Virus record (IMG/VR): IMGVR_UViG_3300029928_000003
From: a virus
Taxonomy: Duplodnaviria > Caudoviricetes
Length of the DNA: 64,000 nucleotides
Reading direction: 5' to 3' (one strand)
The translations under genes and the position numbers were made by a program. The notes below the pieces were generated by a model that saw nothing but the letters and a program-made list of their open reading frames with translations, did not search any database and was not told the origin of the DNA. Shown piece after piece: positions 11,903 to 26,489 of this stretch (position 1 is its first letter; each line of letters starts with the position of its first letter).

Positions 11903-14900
11903 TTAGTATTTACATGATGTTTTATTATCACTTACTTCTTTTAATAGTATGTCCATAGAATTTGATAAAGCTTCGTAATCATCCGCTATTTGCTCATTAT
12001 TTTCAATTCCTTCAGAAATAGCTTCTATAGCTTTATATAAAGAGTCTTTATCTGTAAGTGCCACCCCATTTCCTAAATGATCTTCTACTAACTGTTCTAC
12101 AAACTGTTTATCTTCCTAATTAGTCATACTATCCATAATCTGCTACATCCTATTCTTAATATAATTTAAATCTGGAACCTACGGTATATTTTCATTAATA
12201 ACAGGTTCTAATTCAATAAACTCATCATAATCTACAGAAGAATCCATATTAATACTTAAAACATTGTTATTAATAACTATATTATTATCAGAATCTACAT
12301 AAACACTATTTTGGTCTGTTGGATCTATTTTTTGACCTATTCTTTCTTCTAAATATTCCTATAACGTAATAGGAGCCTTCTCCCCATAAGTATACTTTAT
12401 AGGCATACTTAATAGTTTGTTAATATCTAAAGCCGAAGAAGCTTGCTATGATAAACTACGTTTTAAATTATTATTTATTTTTTCTTCCACATAATGCTCT
12501 CTTTCTTGCAAATTTTCTATTTTTCCAGCTTCTTCCTAAATAGAATTTAAAGCTGCCCCTAAATTAAGATTCTATAAAATTTGTGGGACTTGATAAGTCT
12601 AAATAGACTCTTGTGGTTCCTTTAACTATTCTTCTTGTTTTGGAGTTTGTAAATCTTCTTTTAATTTACCAAAATTTACGTAGAAAATAGGCATGTCAGT
12701 TTCTACATTTATTAAAAATAATCTAGGATCATTCAGACAGCCTTTTAATACCGCACTACCATTTACATCAATTATTAAACTACTGCCTATAGGGTCAGTA
12801 AACATACCATGTTTAAAGTAAGCATCCGTGGCTCTTAAGCCGTCTGTTTCAACATCCTCTGTAGTGCCATGGAATGCTAGAGCTAATGTTCTATCAAAGT
12901 CATAAGCTGGTTTAAAGTTATGCCCTGGCCCACCTATTGGGAATGTATCTAATATTTTATCAGAATTTACTTCTAATTTATTACCATCTTTATCTATAAA
13001 TTGGATCTTATCCCAATCTTCATAAGGCCCTTCTTCTAAACCTACTTTCTTAGATATTTTATAAAGTACTTTAGCTAATAATACTGGAAATCTCTTCATT
13101 CCAGTATCGTCCCCTAATTTAATAGTAGCTTTATTTATACCATCATCTACCTCAATATCTGCACCGCTCATTACTAAACTAACTGGACTTGTCTTTTTAA
13201 ATCCAAGTGAATTATCATCGTTAGTATTCATAGAGATAATACGATCATGTTCAAATGGTTTGCCAGTTTTACTGTAGATGGGTTCTCCTACTACTTGTTT
13301 AATAGGCCCTTCAAATAACTAATCTATTCTATTTAAATATTCTGCTGCAGTAGCCGGTTCTATATAAATACCTACTGGTGTTTCTCCTTTCTCTATATAT
13401 TTTTTATAGAATGGGTTATCCTATTTTATATTAGTTAAATATCCTAAATAAACACCTGTATCATTAACGGCTCCTCCTAAACGGAATTGTCTAACTTCTG
13501 TACTTAATCTATCATTAAATTTATCAATAAGATCACCTATTTCATTATAGCCTCTTTTAATTTCCTCTGAGGTAGAACTTATAATAGAATTTACATTATC
13601 TACTTCTTTCTATGAGACTTTATTTCCGTTATTAATTCTATCCTGCAGATTCTATTGTAAATAAAGTGCATTTTTGTATCGTAATATCTGAGTTATGTAA
13701 TTATCTTGCTCCTCATCAGTCTAAAATACAGATGTAAGTTTTTTAGTAGCCTCTTCTTTAAAGTTAGAATAAGCATCGCTAAATCTAAGCAAATTTGCAC
13801 GGAAATTCCATAAAGATCTATACATACGAATGCCTGCGGCGTCTGTTTCAAATGGAAATATATCTGTAACTTTTTTATCTTTAATGATTTGAGTTATTCT
13901 AGTGAAACTATCTTTTTTAGCCCATATTAAATCATGGAATGATATACCTCTATTCCATAAGGGAATCATTCTAACCCTTGGGGTCATTTCTCTCTAAAAG
14001 ACATTTACATCATTTTGAGCTTGGCTCTGTTTTTCTTTTATATATTCATCAACTAGTTCATCCTTTTTAAGTGTTGTATCATTAGATACAAATACTACCG
14101 CGTTTCCTCCCCAATCGCTAAGTGTTTTAATATCATTACGAGTAACAATATAAGGATCAGAAATTACAGTATATGGATGAGATTGTGCATATTCTTGTAA
14201 GTTTCTAATTGGAACTCTTCTTTCTTTATAATCTGACGTATATGTATATCTACGTATTGCAGTTAATCCAGAGAATTGTGGGGTAACATCTATTTCAAAT
14301 GTTCCATTATTATCATTAGCTTTCTAAGTTAACTATTTAAATATATTTTCATAGTTTTCTTTATTGTTTGCAAATGCTTTTTGATCATCTTCGGATAGTT
14401 TGCCAATATCTCTAATTTTATAACTTTCAGGATTCGCTAAACCACCTAGAGTAACTCTACAAATTTCTCCATTTTTATTTTTAAATTCAGCTACTACAGA
14501 ATATACGTAACCGTCTATAGATAATAATTCTTTTTTCAATCCAGTAAAACCATAGAAATTATCTGTTTCGTTCTATGGTCTAACTACTATTTTATATTGA
14601 ATTCCTTTTTGGAATGTATCTTCATCAATAATATCCTTTATACTTTTACTGAGTAATTCATAATCTCTTGCAGTTCTTCCATGATATAAAAGTACTGATT
14701 TAAAATTTAACATTGCTGAAGCGTATGCATTTTTATCTTCAGGGCTTTCAATAGTCTTATCAGGTTCAAGAAGCATTTGCATATCAGACTTGGGGCCGCC
14801 AGCCCAAGTATTTCTCCAGCGTTCTATTTTATTTTTACCTTTACCTTCTTCTTCCACAGCTAATCCAGTAAGATGTACTGATCCATATATTCTAATTGGA

Positions 14901-17900
14901 GTTTTAGATTTATCTAATAGTAAATTATTATTTATTTTAATATCGTCGTCTTCTGAAGCCCCAACTGACTATCCTACTATTTCTACGGCTTGCTCATTAT
15001 TTTCAATTATTGTGTTCTTATCAAGCGAATCATCTATAATAGGAACTTCTTCTGATTCAGGATTTGTTTGTTCGGGTTCAGGATTTATAGTACTTTTTGT
15101 AGCATTATTCTACGTAGGTTCTGGATTCTGCTGTGTTTCACTAGATATAGGTGATTCTGGATTCTAAGTAGTAGGTGGCTATGTATTTGGATTTTGTTGC
15201 TGTGTGGTCTACTAAGATGAAGCTTGCGGTTCTGGATTCTAAGTAGCCTATTGAGTAGTTTCCTACTCAGTAGGCTTTTGTGGCTACTTAGTAGTGGTTT
15301 CTCCTTTTAATAATTTATCAAAATCCTCATTAGAAATTAATCCCAACTAGTCAAGTAAAGCCTTCTTGGCTTTAATGAAGGGGTCTAAAGCGTTCTTTAA
15401 ATTAGGGGCTATTGCTTTAATTCTAGAAATAGTATTCTAACCTATATAGTTACTTAACCCATTATCTATAAATATAGAACCAGATTTACCTCGACTCATT
15501 AGTGTATATAAAGTAGATAACTAATTTAATTGATCATAAAGATCTGTTGGTACTTTCCATTTCGTATCTACTACAATATAATCAAACTCCTACCCCTATA
15601 TTTCTTTTGTAGAGGCAACTAACAATGTGCTATCCTTTGCTAAATTATTTTTTAACGTATTATATGCAGCCCCGTTAGTATCTCCTACAAAAGCTATAGT
15701 ACCATGTAATTTAGCAACTTGTTTAGCATCTATTGTTGGGGTAATTAAATCACCATTAAGTACATCTTCATTATAAACTGCAAATCTTAAATCAGGAATA
15801 TTTTTTACAATCTTTTCTGCTTTATTGTTTCCCTATGGATCATTATCTGATATAGCATTTAACTATTTTAATAGATTAGAAACCTTAGTTAAATTCTAAC
15901 TTTTTTGTAAGTTAACATCCCTTAAAGATATAGATAAATAAGAGGATCTTATTGTAAAGGCTCGGTCAAAATCAATATTACAAATACCTATATTACTTCT
16001 AAATCCCTATTGCATAGTATCTCCTAAAGCAACTACTGTTATGTTATGTTTTTTAGCAAACCAATTAATTATCTATAATTCTGGAACGCTAAAATGAGTT
16101 ATCTCATCAATAATAATTAATTTAGGAGCATTTTTTGGATCTGCTAATTTTACAGATGCTTTTAATTTTGAAATATCCCTATCTAAAGTAGTAAGTGTGG
16201 CTTTAGCTGCATCTGTTTCTAATTCAGATATAAGTTTTTCATAGGTGTTAGAGTCTATAAATTGTAGCATAAAATCTCTACGTGTTTTAGCTACTCCTTT
16301 TCCTATAATATTCTTAAGATTTTTAAGCTAGTCTTCTTTAGGGGCGGATAACCATATATCATCAGATGCTATATATCGTGAAGCATTTTTGGCAATTACT
16401 GTTGTTTTACCTGCTCCTGCACCCCCCTAAATAAATACAAAGTTACTTAAAATTGCTTTCGGGTTTTTCCCTTTAGGATCGACTACTTTTAATGCATAGT
16501 TAATAAAACCATTAAATATTTTTGGGTTTTTAATATGAGCTAAAGCTAGTCTAGATGATTGCTCTTGAATAGTAAGAGGAACTGTTACTTTATTTTCATC
16601 CTTAGATTTAGCAGAATCTTCTATATTAGATTTTACAAAGTTACCCATTTCATTAGAACTTATTCCTGAAATAGTAGCTAAGTAGATTAACTTATCATAT
16701 TCCGTAAGTTTTCCGTAACTAATATGGTCATCAAGATCCGCGGTAGACTATTCTAAAATTTTACTTAAATCTAATAATGTTTCTAACATCTTAGATTCAT
16801 TCAAAATTTCTTCAATAGTTATCCCACTATTTAATGCCTTATGCAGATTTATATAGAAAAGATTTTCTATTTTATGTAATTTAACTGCTGGATTATCATC
16901 TACTATCTTTTCAATTCCATCTAATAAATCAAAATGTATACCTTTAATAGTAAATCTTACAGCATCTCTATTAGCTTTAATAATATCAAAAAAGTCTAAC
17001 TTAGCCTTTACATATTTCTAATCAGCGACAAGTAACTTTCTTGTTTTATTTACCTAATTAATAGCCGATAAAGACGCCCAAGACATTGGGCTTTCAGGAT
17101 CTATTTCATCTAAAAATCTTTCAATTTCTAACATATACATGTTAGCTATATCTTGAGGTAATGTAGGAAGTTCTTTAAAATCGGGATTTTCTTTGGGATG
17201 ATTTTTAGCAAAATCATTCATTACTTTATTATGTCCTGCTGGAAATGCAATACCCTGATCAACTCCAGCTGCATATAAGTAAGCTCTTACTAATTTAAGA
17301 ATTTTGGAAGCTTCTTCTAAATCTTCTAATTCAGAATCAGTAAGTACAAAGTCTTCTACATTCTTCGATTTTAAGAATTTCTAATGAATTTTATCTAATA
17401 GTGATTCAATATTACCAGTATAATTTATACTTGAAGCAAACTTTTTAACTAAATCTATTATAGGATTATCAGTGTCTATTTTAGCGCGTATTTCATTAAA
17501 TAATGATACAACTGGATCATTTTGTATTTCCTGTCTTAATGAACCTAACTATCTATTGGCTTCTTCTATAATAGGTCGTCTAATAGCTTCTAATATACTG
17601 TTCTTTGTATCTTCATCAATACTTCCAATATAGTCTCCTTCTTTACTAGCTAATTTAGCTAAAATATTAGGATCAGCATTTTCGTTATATCCTAAAAATC
17701 CATCTAGTAAATTTTTAGTATTATTGACATCCCCAGTATATTCAAGTATTTTCTATTCTAGTAGTTTTCTAGCTTCTTTTGGGTCTGTACCTTTAGTAAT
17801 TAAATCTTTATAGTACTAAATATATTCAGGAACCAGATGGCCTACATCTGCATTTACTTTTTTTGAATCTGCGGTAGCACTGACAGTTAATCCAGAAAAG

Positions 17901-20900
17901 ACTTCTTGTAAACTGGCTAGCTATGATCTGTCTGCTTCATTAGCATTTGCAGAGGAATTAGCTATTATAATGTTAGCTATATTAGAAGCTAATTTTCTTA
18001 AGTCATTAGTGTGAATATTATATTTTCCTAAATGTCTAAATTCTGGAAAAATATCACTAAAATGCTTTCCACTATTAGGGTCACCATTAAATAATCCAGC
18101 TAAATTATGGTTATATTGAGTAGTAGTTCCTATTTTTTTATTAGTCCCATAAAAGCTATCATAGGGTTTTACTACTATATCTTCAATATAATTCTCTATG
18201 GCTTGTCTTATTTCATCTACATTAGATAAATCAGGTTTTAAATCTTTAAATATACCATATAAATCTTTTTCAAAACCTACAGAATTCTACTATAATTGTT
18301 TAACTGCAGATTCAATTATAGATTTAGCAGAATCATTTTCTCTTACTCTTAATACAGCATGCAATCTTCGTAAGAAAGCCGGATCTACATAATCTCCTGC
18401 TGTGTCAACTAAGTCTAATATACCGTCTCTTAACTTATACCAGGATTCTTTATTAAGATCTGCAATTTTATCTAATCTTTTTCTTTTTCTATTAAGAAAA
18501 TCTGCATCAGATTCTTTTTCTAATTTCTTATCTCTATTTTCAAAATCTTCTTCAGATTCGTCTGGAAGTTTTTCATCATAAGAATAAGATTTAGCATTAG
18601 CAATAGGCCCGTCTTGCGCAAATACTTTAGCTAAAGCTTCTGAATTATACTTAAACAATAAAGCATTATCTTGTAAAGTTTTAATATGTGGGTTTACTTT
18701 CTCTGCAATAGCTTTATATAAATCAAAAGCTTCATCTAAATCTAAACTCTATTTAGATTTCTTATAATTTAAATATTCAGTTTTATAAGCACGTTTTTCA
18801 GCTTCCGTTAATTTATCTATTGTTTTACCTTTATTAGCTTTAATCCACTATTCATAGGTCATAGAGGTAAACTCGCTATTAAGATAAGAGTCTATTGCAA
18901 ACAACATCTTATCAGTATATTTCATAGAATATTCTCCACTAAGAAATTTATCTCTTTCTTTTTTCAGAGATTCTATTTTATCTTCTAATACTTTTATATT
19001 TTCAAGTCTAGTTGGGTTATTCTTAACTTCAGAACTTACAGCATCGGGTAATTTTTCTCCTTTTACTGTACCATCTTTAGTACCATAAGCAATTTTTAAA
19101 TCTTGTTCTGCATTAAGTAACTTCTTAGTCATTTCTCGGAAATCTTGATGATATCTAGTAGAATATGCTACATCTTTTAACAGGGCTTTCATATTAATGA
19201 ATCGCTATTCTTTAGCAACCATCTATTCAAATAACTAATCATCACTTAAATCTGTCCCATTAGTTGATAAAATATCCTGTATCTATAGTACAGATTTTTT
19301 TAATGTGTTATAAACATAATCATTCTAAGAATCACCTTTATCTGCCGTTAAATATACAGGATTTCCATCTGATCCATATTCATAATTAGAAGCAGATATA
19401 TTTTTATTTCCTAATTTACCTTTATCGTGCCACTTATCCAATTCAGATAATACTTCATTAGTTTTTCCATTGGCAATGAGATAGATAAGTTCATCCTATG
19501 TAGTATCTCTATGAAATGGTACTTGGCCATTTGCAACGCTAACCCCATAAAATAAACCACCACCAAGACCGCCGCCAAGAAGGGACATTAAATATCTTTC
19601 CTACCAGTTTTCCCATGCTCCTACATCAGTAATTCCTGAATTATTTAAGAAGTTAGGAGAAAATTCACCTGCCAACTAATAAAGTTGTTTAGATAAGTCG
19701 GTTACAACTTCTTCAGTAACTTCTTCTAAACCCTCACCAAGAGCCTTACCAAAAACACCAGTTGTATGGTTTTTAATATCATCTGCATATTTAGATATAA
19801 ATCCTTTACCGAAATCTATTCCTTTTTGAATTAGTTTAAATTTACTTTCTTTTGTTGCAGGACTATTTATACCTATTTGCGTAAGATCTGTAGCTATAGA
19901 TTCTGATTCTTTCTTTATTGCACTTCGTACAGCTACCTTAGTTTCTTGACTTAATTCATCAAAGAACATTTCGCCTAAATGCATATACTTATCTACTGCA
20001 AACATACCTAAAGTGCTACCGAATGCTACTTTAGCAGCGTCTTCTTTAGATGCACCGTGTTCAAGCATAGTTTGATATACATCCGTATTAGAAATAATAG
20101 CCATATATGCTAAAGACGCATCAGCTCCAAGTCTAGCATTTTTCTAAGCTAACTCTTTAGCTGGTTCTACAAACTTACGTAACGCAGCTCTTCCTAATGC
20201 ACTATTTTGCCAATCCTTAGGATTGCCTACATATTGTATTGGGGCCATTCCTTCAATTTTACCCATCTTAGCTGCTTCTTGTGCATCTTTTAATATACGC
20301 TAACTTTGTATTGTATAATAAGCCTCTGCGTCCTTATACGCGTTTGCCACTGCTGACTACGAACCTTTTAATTTATTAATAGAATTAGCAATTCCTTTTT
20401 GCTGTCCCCATTGAGTAGCCACATCTGCAATTAATGACGCAATATTTTCAAACGCAAAAGTATGCTCCTTAGCGTAATCGGAAGTTCCACTTGTTAACTA
20501 TTGTCCTACAGCAGCAATAGTATTTAATAAAGTAGAATCCTAATCATTCCCCCATAATGTAGAAACCATTCCATAAAGCATAGGTAATGATTTACCCATT
20601 TCTCTTGCAATTAATGCCCCACTATATATTGTAGATATAGGACCACCTAGTAAGAGTGGTGCTACGGATAAGGCCATTTTAGCTACAGTACCAGTTGCCG
20701 ATTTATCTAGATCATCAGAATCTAAAAAATCATATTTATTAATACCTTCACCGTCTATCGTAAGTATATCTGTAGCTGATAATACATCTTTACCTACTAA
20801 AGATCTACCATTTAAAGTTTCATAATAATATTGTCCTTCATCGTTTAATTTTAAATCACCTTTATTATGATGCTCCATTTGACCCGTTATAGGATTAGGG

Positions 20901-21469
20901 CTATCACCTTCCTCATCCCAAGTAGCTTTTACTAAAGGGTCTGAGAATAATTGTTTAGCCCATCCTATAGGATTAGATGTTAGAGAAATATCATTAGGAG
21001 AATAATCTTCCCATTTCTATTCTGCGGTATTCCATATTTTAGACTACTGTGCCATTTCGCTTCTAGAAAGAGGACTGGTGGTTTTTTGATTTCTACCTGC
21101 TATACCAGTAGCCATTCTATCTGGATTAGATATTACTTCTAATTTAAATCCAGAATCTTTTATCCGTGATTTAGCAGTTCTATTTGCATCAAATAAACTA
21201 TATTCAAAATTATCTATTGCTGGCGTATCTTCATTAAAAGTTTGAAACTAATCTAATGATTTAGTATAAAAATCTTTAAATTTAGTTTCATTGAAAGTAC
21301 CGTCTGCATTCTTAAAATTTTCATTTTGAGTAATGAATGGACTAGAAGTATATGCTGAATATGGTAATAGCTAAGTGTTGTCCATATTCATATCTAGTAC
21401 ATCTTTAAAATCCTAATTAGAAAAATCAGGATTATTTATTGTTGCTACAATCCAATCGTTTTCTCTCAT
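11903..21469 (-). CDS. Giant putative virion cargo/ejection protein, about 3188 aa, with an internal superfamily-1 (RecD/Dda-like) helicase domain; TAG=Gln
   Basis: Ten ORF-track fragments from 20878 to 13231 share one frame between ATG 21469 (MRENDWIVATINNPDF) and TAA 11905-11903. Helicase motifs: IQGGAGAGKTT, IIIDEITH, ALGDTMQ, EIQGQEFDYIVV, LYTLMSRGK. Confidence 0.85.
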
Positions 21470-21471
21470 AA

Positions 21472-23400
21472 TTATCGTCCTATAAGATCCTTAGACGCGC
21501 TTTTTGCGCCAATCATTTTCTATAATCTTTGATATTTATATTCTTCTACTGTGGCGTCATCTTGATAAAGTTTTTGGCCTTCAGCGGTTTGGGCTTGATG
21601 TATATTAGAAGTAATTGGAATATAAATACTTCCTCTGTAGATATTATCATGACCATTAAAGTCATACCAGTTATCTGGGTCTATACTATATTTATTATCA
21701 TCTGTAGATAACGCCTATTCAATCATACTAATTATATCTGGATCATCATTGATACGAGATACATAATCACTATTTCCAAAATGATTTCTACTAGTATTAT
21801 CTACAGCATAGCCATCTACAATTAAGAATTGACCTAATTCACTGAGATCTATTGTACCAGAACTCATGTTAACTAATTTTTCTAGATTATGCTTAATAAG
21901 AACTTGAGCAATTTGTTTCTAATGCGTATCATCATATACTGAATTAATACCCATACTTCTCAACTCTTTATTGGCGGCTTCCCATCTATCAAGAGCTTCT
22001 AAATCCACTACTTTTCTGCCATTATCAGCCATTTTAGTTGGTAAGATAGCCATAGTACCACCGCTTCCAGAATACATAATATTATCAAAATCTGTATCTG
22101 ATAATGGTACATTACCAAATGTAATAGCATATCTATCAGTGATAATTCCTTGTAGACCAGAATTAAGTAAATTATCTAAACTAGTCCTTCCTACTGGTTT
22201 ACCTGTAGTATCTGGGATAGATGGATAATTTACACCATTAGCACTCATTTGATAATTAGTGCCCTTATTAATAGAAATATCCATACTATTACCACCAATC
22301 ATTCTTACCATATCTGTATAAGGTCCTGATTTAGCTTTAGTAGATAAATCATCATTGTCATTCGAGTCAGAACCTGATTTAGACCCTTTTGTACCTGGTT
22401 TAGCTAATACCTATTCTAAAGTACCTTCCCAAGTAGTATCTTGTTCATAAGTATTATTAATTCCAGAAGTAATAAGGTACGAAATTAAATTTGCAGCCCC
22501 CTATTTTGGGTTCTTTGTATTTCCAGATTTTACCTATAATAAAGTTTGGGCATTAGTTGGAAGGGTAGTATATATATAAAGTAAAGCTGCTTGAGCTTGC
22601 TCTTTCTAATCTTTAGTAATAATTTTATTTTTGTAAAGGCCATCTAATGTCATTCCTGTTTTACCTGCAACTTGCTCACTAGCTACTTTATCTAGTACTT
22701 GAAGACCTTGTACTATCTAGGATTTTTCTTTAACAGAATATCCAGATTGAGTCATACTGTTAGTTCCAAGATGAATTAGACGTTCTTTAATCATTTTATT
22801 AACTTCTCCAAGTCCTATACCATTAGAAACAGTTTCTAATATCTAATTTTTCATTGCATACGAAGAAGAATTACTTCTAAGGTATAACAAATTAGAGTTA
22901 GTCATTGCTTCGTATTTTCCTGTATTATTTAGGTATTCTTGCGGAGAAATTTGAATCATTTGTTCAGTATCCTTATCTAATGCTATAAGTCCACCAGAAG
23001 GAGTAATTGCATATTCATTAAGTCCCCCATTATTAGCAACTATTTTATAGGCTTTATCATATTCTTTTTTATTAAAAGACGCCTATTTAACTTGTATTAA
23101 ATTACTAAGATAAGCACTTGCTATATCTGAAGCAGTACCTCCTAACGCCTATAACTATAAAGAATTAATAATACTATTTCCAATAGCCTACATGTCATTA
23201 GGAAGACCATCTACTTTATTAAGTAATTGAATTAATTCTTTCTGTGAAAAGTTATCGTCATCTGCTGTTTTACTTGTGGTAGTTGTTTTAGTAGTATCTT
23301 CCTTAGAACTTGTTGCGGTTGGGGTTTCCCCGATTGTGGGTATATATGTTGTAAATAGGGAGGCAAAGCCCCCCTATTGTAATTTAGGTATTATTTGCAT
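21472..23400 (-). CDS. Putative virion cargo/structural protein, about 642 aa; TAG=Gln
   Basis: Starts MQIIPKLQQGGFASLF and ends at TAA 21474-21472. In frame with ORF-track fragment 21919..22311. Located in the cargo cluster. Confidence 0.75.
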
Positions 23401-26400
23401 CTTTGATTACTTTATTAATTAAATACTAACTATATAAAGATAGATTACCACCGTTTTTAAAGCGTAGCTTAGAATAATCGTTCATATTAAAGTTAGTAAT
23501 TGGTACATAAGGATATCCATAAATCTAACCATAATTCTTATAAGAATTCTCTTTATATCTATTCTATATTGCAGTTAATGCTTTAGAATACTGGCCGTCT
23601 GTAACAGTATCAAATTCTGACAGGGTCTTATTTTCATTTCCCGGAAGAGTTTTCCATTTATTATAACGGTCTTTTAATTCAGCAATATTATTAGCGTACT
23701 CTAATTGATTCTTAAATTGTTCAGTTTCCATTTGGAAGTTCTCAGCTCTAGTTCTATCAGTAGCCATCTTAGTTTTAGTTTCTTTTTCAATTCCTTTAAG
23801 ATAGTTATCTATTGATTGCCAATTCTATTTAAGTCTGGTTGCTTCTAGTTCGGCTGCTAATTTATTATTATCAATAATAGATTTCATATTGGTATTTCCT
23901 AAGTCAGAACGCCTCTTTATATTATCTTCTTGACGCGCTAAGGCAGCGGCTGCTGTATGCTAAATTTCAGCATCGTCTTTTAATGCTCCTTCAATTTGGG
24001 TGGTATTAGCTTTCATTTGGCCATCCAAGACCCTTGCAGCATTTAGACTTGCGTCAGAAGTGTAAGGTTGACTAGCTGTAGACATTAACTAAGCAGCTGC
24101 ATTATTATATTGCTAAGCAATACTAAATGCCCCTGTTACAGGAGAATATCTTTCATAAGTATTTTGCAATGCTGGCTCTAGAGCTTTATTAATAGTATCT
24201 GCTACTCTATTATTAGTACCAATAGAATATCCAAGTCTTCCTGCGCCTAATAAAGTTGTAGCGGCTTCATTCCAATATTTATTCTTTAATGCAGCAGCTT
24301 GTCGTTTTTTTAAGTCTACTTCACTTAGTTCATCAGGTTCTGAACCACCAGTAGGATTTTTATCACCGGTAGGTTCACCTTTATCAGGATTCTATTCTGG
24401 AGTTGGGTTCTATTCTGGAGTTGGTGTTGGCGGTGGTGTAGTGGGTCTTAGTTCAAGTTTACCTTCATTATTTACCCACACCTAAGAACCCCAATCATTA
24501 TCTGCTAATAATCCTAATCTGGAAGAAGCCGCTTCTTCATCATTATTAAAAGCTAGAGGGGTTCGGTTAAACATAGTTTGACCTAATACTGTTCTTAATT
24601 TAGGTTCTGCTCCTAAGAATCCTTTTTCGGGATCATACTTAGCTGCGCTTGATCCGTATAGCCAATTATAACTATCATAAAGTTCTCCAAAATCATTGCT
24701 CTTATAACCCTTTTCAAATTTAGTTCGAGAAATATCTCGGGCTTTTTGAACTATGCTATTATAGTAATCAACAAAATCCTAATAAGATTTATCTGAATTT
24801 GTAGTTTTCCAATTATTATAAGCAGAGCGTACATCTGGTATGATACTCCCAGAATTTACATATCTTCTCTACTATTCATACGCCCCAGTAATGGTGGGCG
24901 CAACTGGAGGAATGCCAATTTTAGAAGTTCTTCTATTATGTCTAGCACCTTCCCAACCCGTTAATGGGGTAGTTGCGCCATAAGGATGGCCTGTATCATC
25001 CCAACCAAAGTTTAACTGTGCCCACCCAGGTGAAACTAAATCTGGATTAAGGGTAGTACCTTCAGCAGCTTTTAGAACTCCACCGTTTTTCTAAGACTGA
25101 GTTTGCTAAGTAAAGAATCTTCCATATCTAGAACTAGTAACTGAACTATCTCCAGTGGCTTGCGCTTGTTTGTATTTGTTAATGATTTGTTCCTGATATT
25201 GCGGAATATCATTAACACTTACTTGTCGTACAGTATTATTACTTTTATCATATACGTATGCAGCCTATCCTCCGTTTTTTGTTTTAGATACAGAATGCGG
25301 AATAAGATATAAATTATCATTAGTAGGTAGTGGTTTCATAATACCCTTTTTTATTAAATTTTGTACTACATCTGCCATTACCGCCCCATTACTAAATTCT
25401 GGAGTATAAGTAAGAATTTTGTGCATATATTTACTATAATTTACATTATAGTTATCAATATTACTAAGATATTCACTTAACCAATGCACTAAATCATCGT
25501 TAGTTAAGTTCTTAAACCCCTAATAAAAGTCATGTCTAACATAATCATTTACAACATTTCCAGTAGTATTTAAAGATACTGCTTCATGCAATTTTTCTGG
25601 ATCTGGGTAGTTCTTAGCTAACCACTGGTTAAAAGCTTCATACGCAGAATTTGCATTATTGCCTACGGTACTGTTATTACCTGTGTTACCAGTAGCAGTT
25701 GTTGAACCCGCTACCGAACTTGATGAATAATCCGAATCTGGTGTAACATCAGTGGCGTAATAACTTCCTAAATTAGTAAATCCTAACTAACTTAGTGTAT
25801 ATCTATCATTATTTGCATTTCCGTCAGTAAGACTAATAATAGCTTTATCAATACGAGATCGCCAATCTTGTTCATCTTCTGGAGAATCAAAATCATATCT
25901 TCCTTTAAGTCCTTTTAAAAATGAAATAATAGTAGCATCTCTTTGTGTAGTTCCTCTTTTATTACCATTTGCTGGATCTAACATTACAAATGCAGTAGGG
26001 TCAGATCCCATTAATTCTTTCTATAAAGAAGAAGTAATAATAGGAGACCCTGGTGTATATTTAATTTTATTAGATGGTTTTTCTGGTTCTTTATACTTAG
26101 GCATTCTCCTAAGTACATTTCCTAAATAACCTGCTGCTGCTCCATAAGCATCAAATCCGCTGGTAGCATTAGTAATTCCAACAGTATTTTCAAAACCACC
26201 CCCTAGCTTAGGTGTAATTGTTTCTGGATTACTATTAATTCTATTGATTAAATCAGAATAAGCGGCTCTTACTGATTTTTTATCTTTATCTTTAATATCA
26301 ACACTATCTAACCAATCGTTGAATCCGCTTTCTGCTGCATCTACATATGCATTGAGGTCAATCTAATCATTACCTCTTTTGTATGTCCTAACAATAGGCT

Positions 26401-26431
26401 TTCCATCAGCCAATTTAGTAATTAATGCCAT
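23384..26431 (-). CDS. Putative virion cargo/ejection protein, about 1015 aa, with a Pro/Thr linker and helical C-terminal half; TAG=Gln
   Basis: Starts MALITKLADGKP. Fragments 26011, 25489 and 23767 are in frame. Its TAA overlaps the start of the next gene. Confidence 0.75.
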
Positions 26432-26433
26432 AT

Positions 26434-26472
26434 AAAATAAAATAGGGGGCATAGATTTTAGTCAATGCCCCC
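26434..26472 (-). terminator. Rho-independent terminator
   Basis: GGGGGCAT/ATGCCCCC stem followed by a U-rich tail on the minus strand, just after the 106-aa gene. Confidence 0.65.
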
Positions 26473-26489
26473 ATTAATTAAATAGTTTA

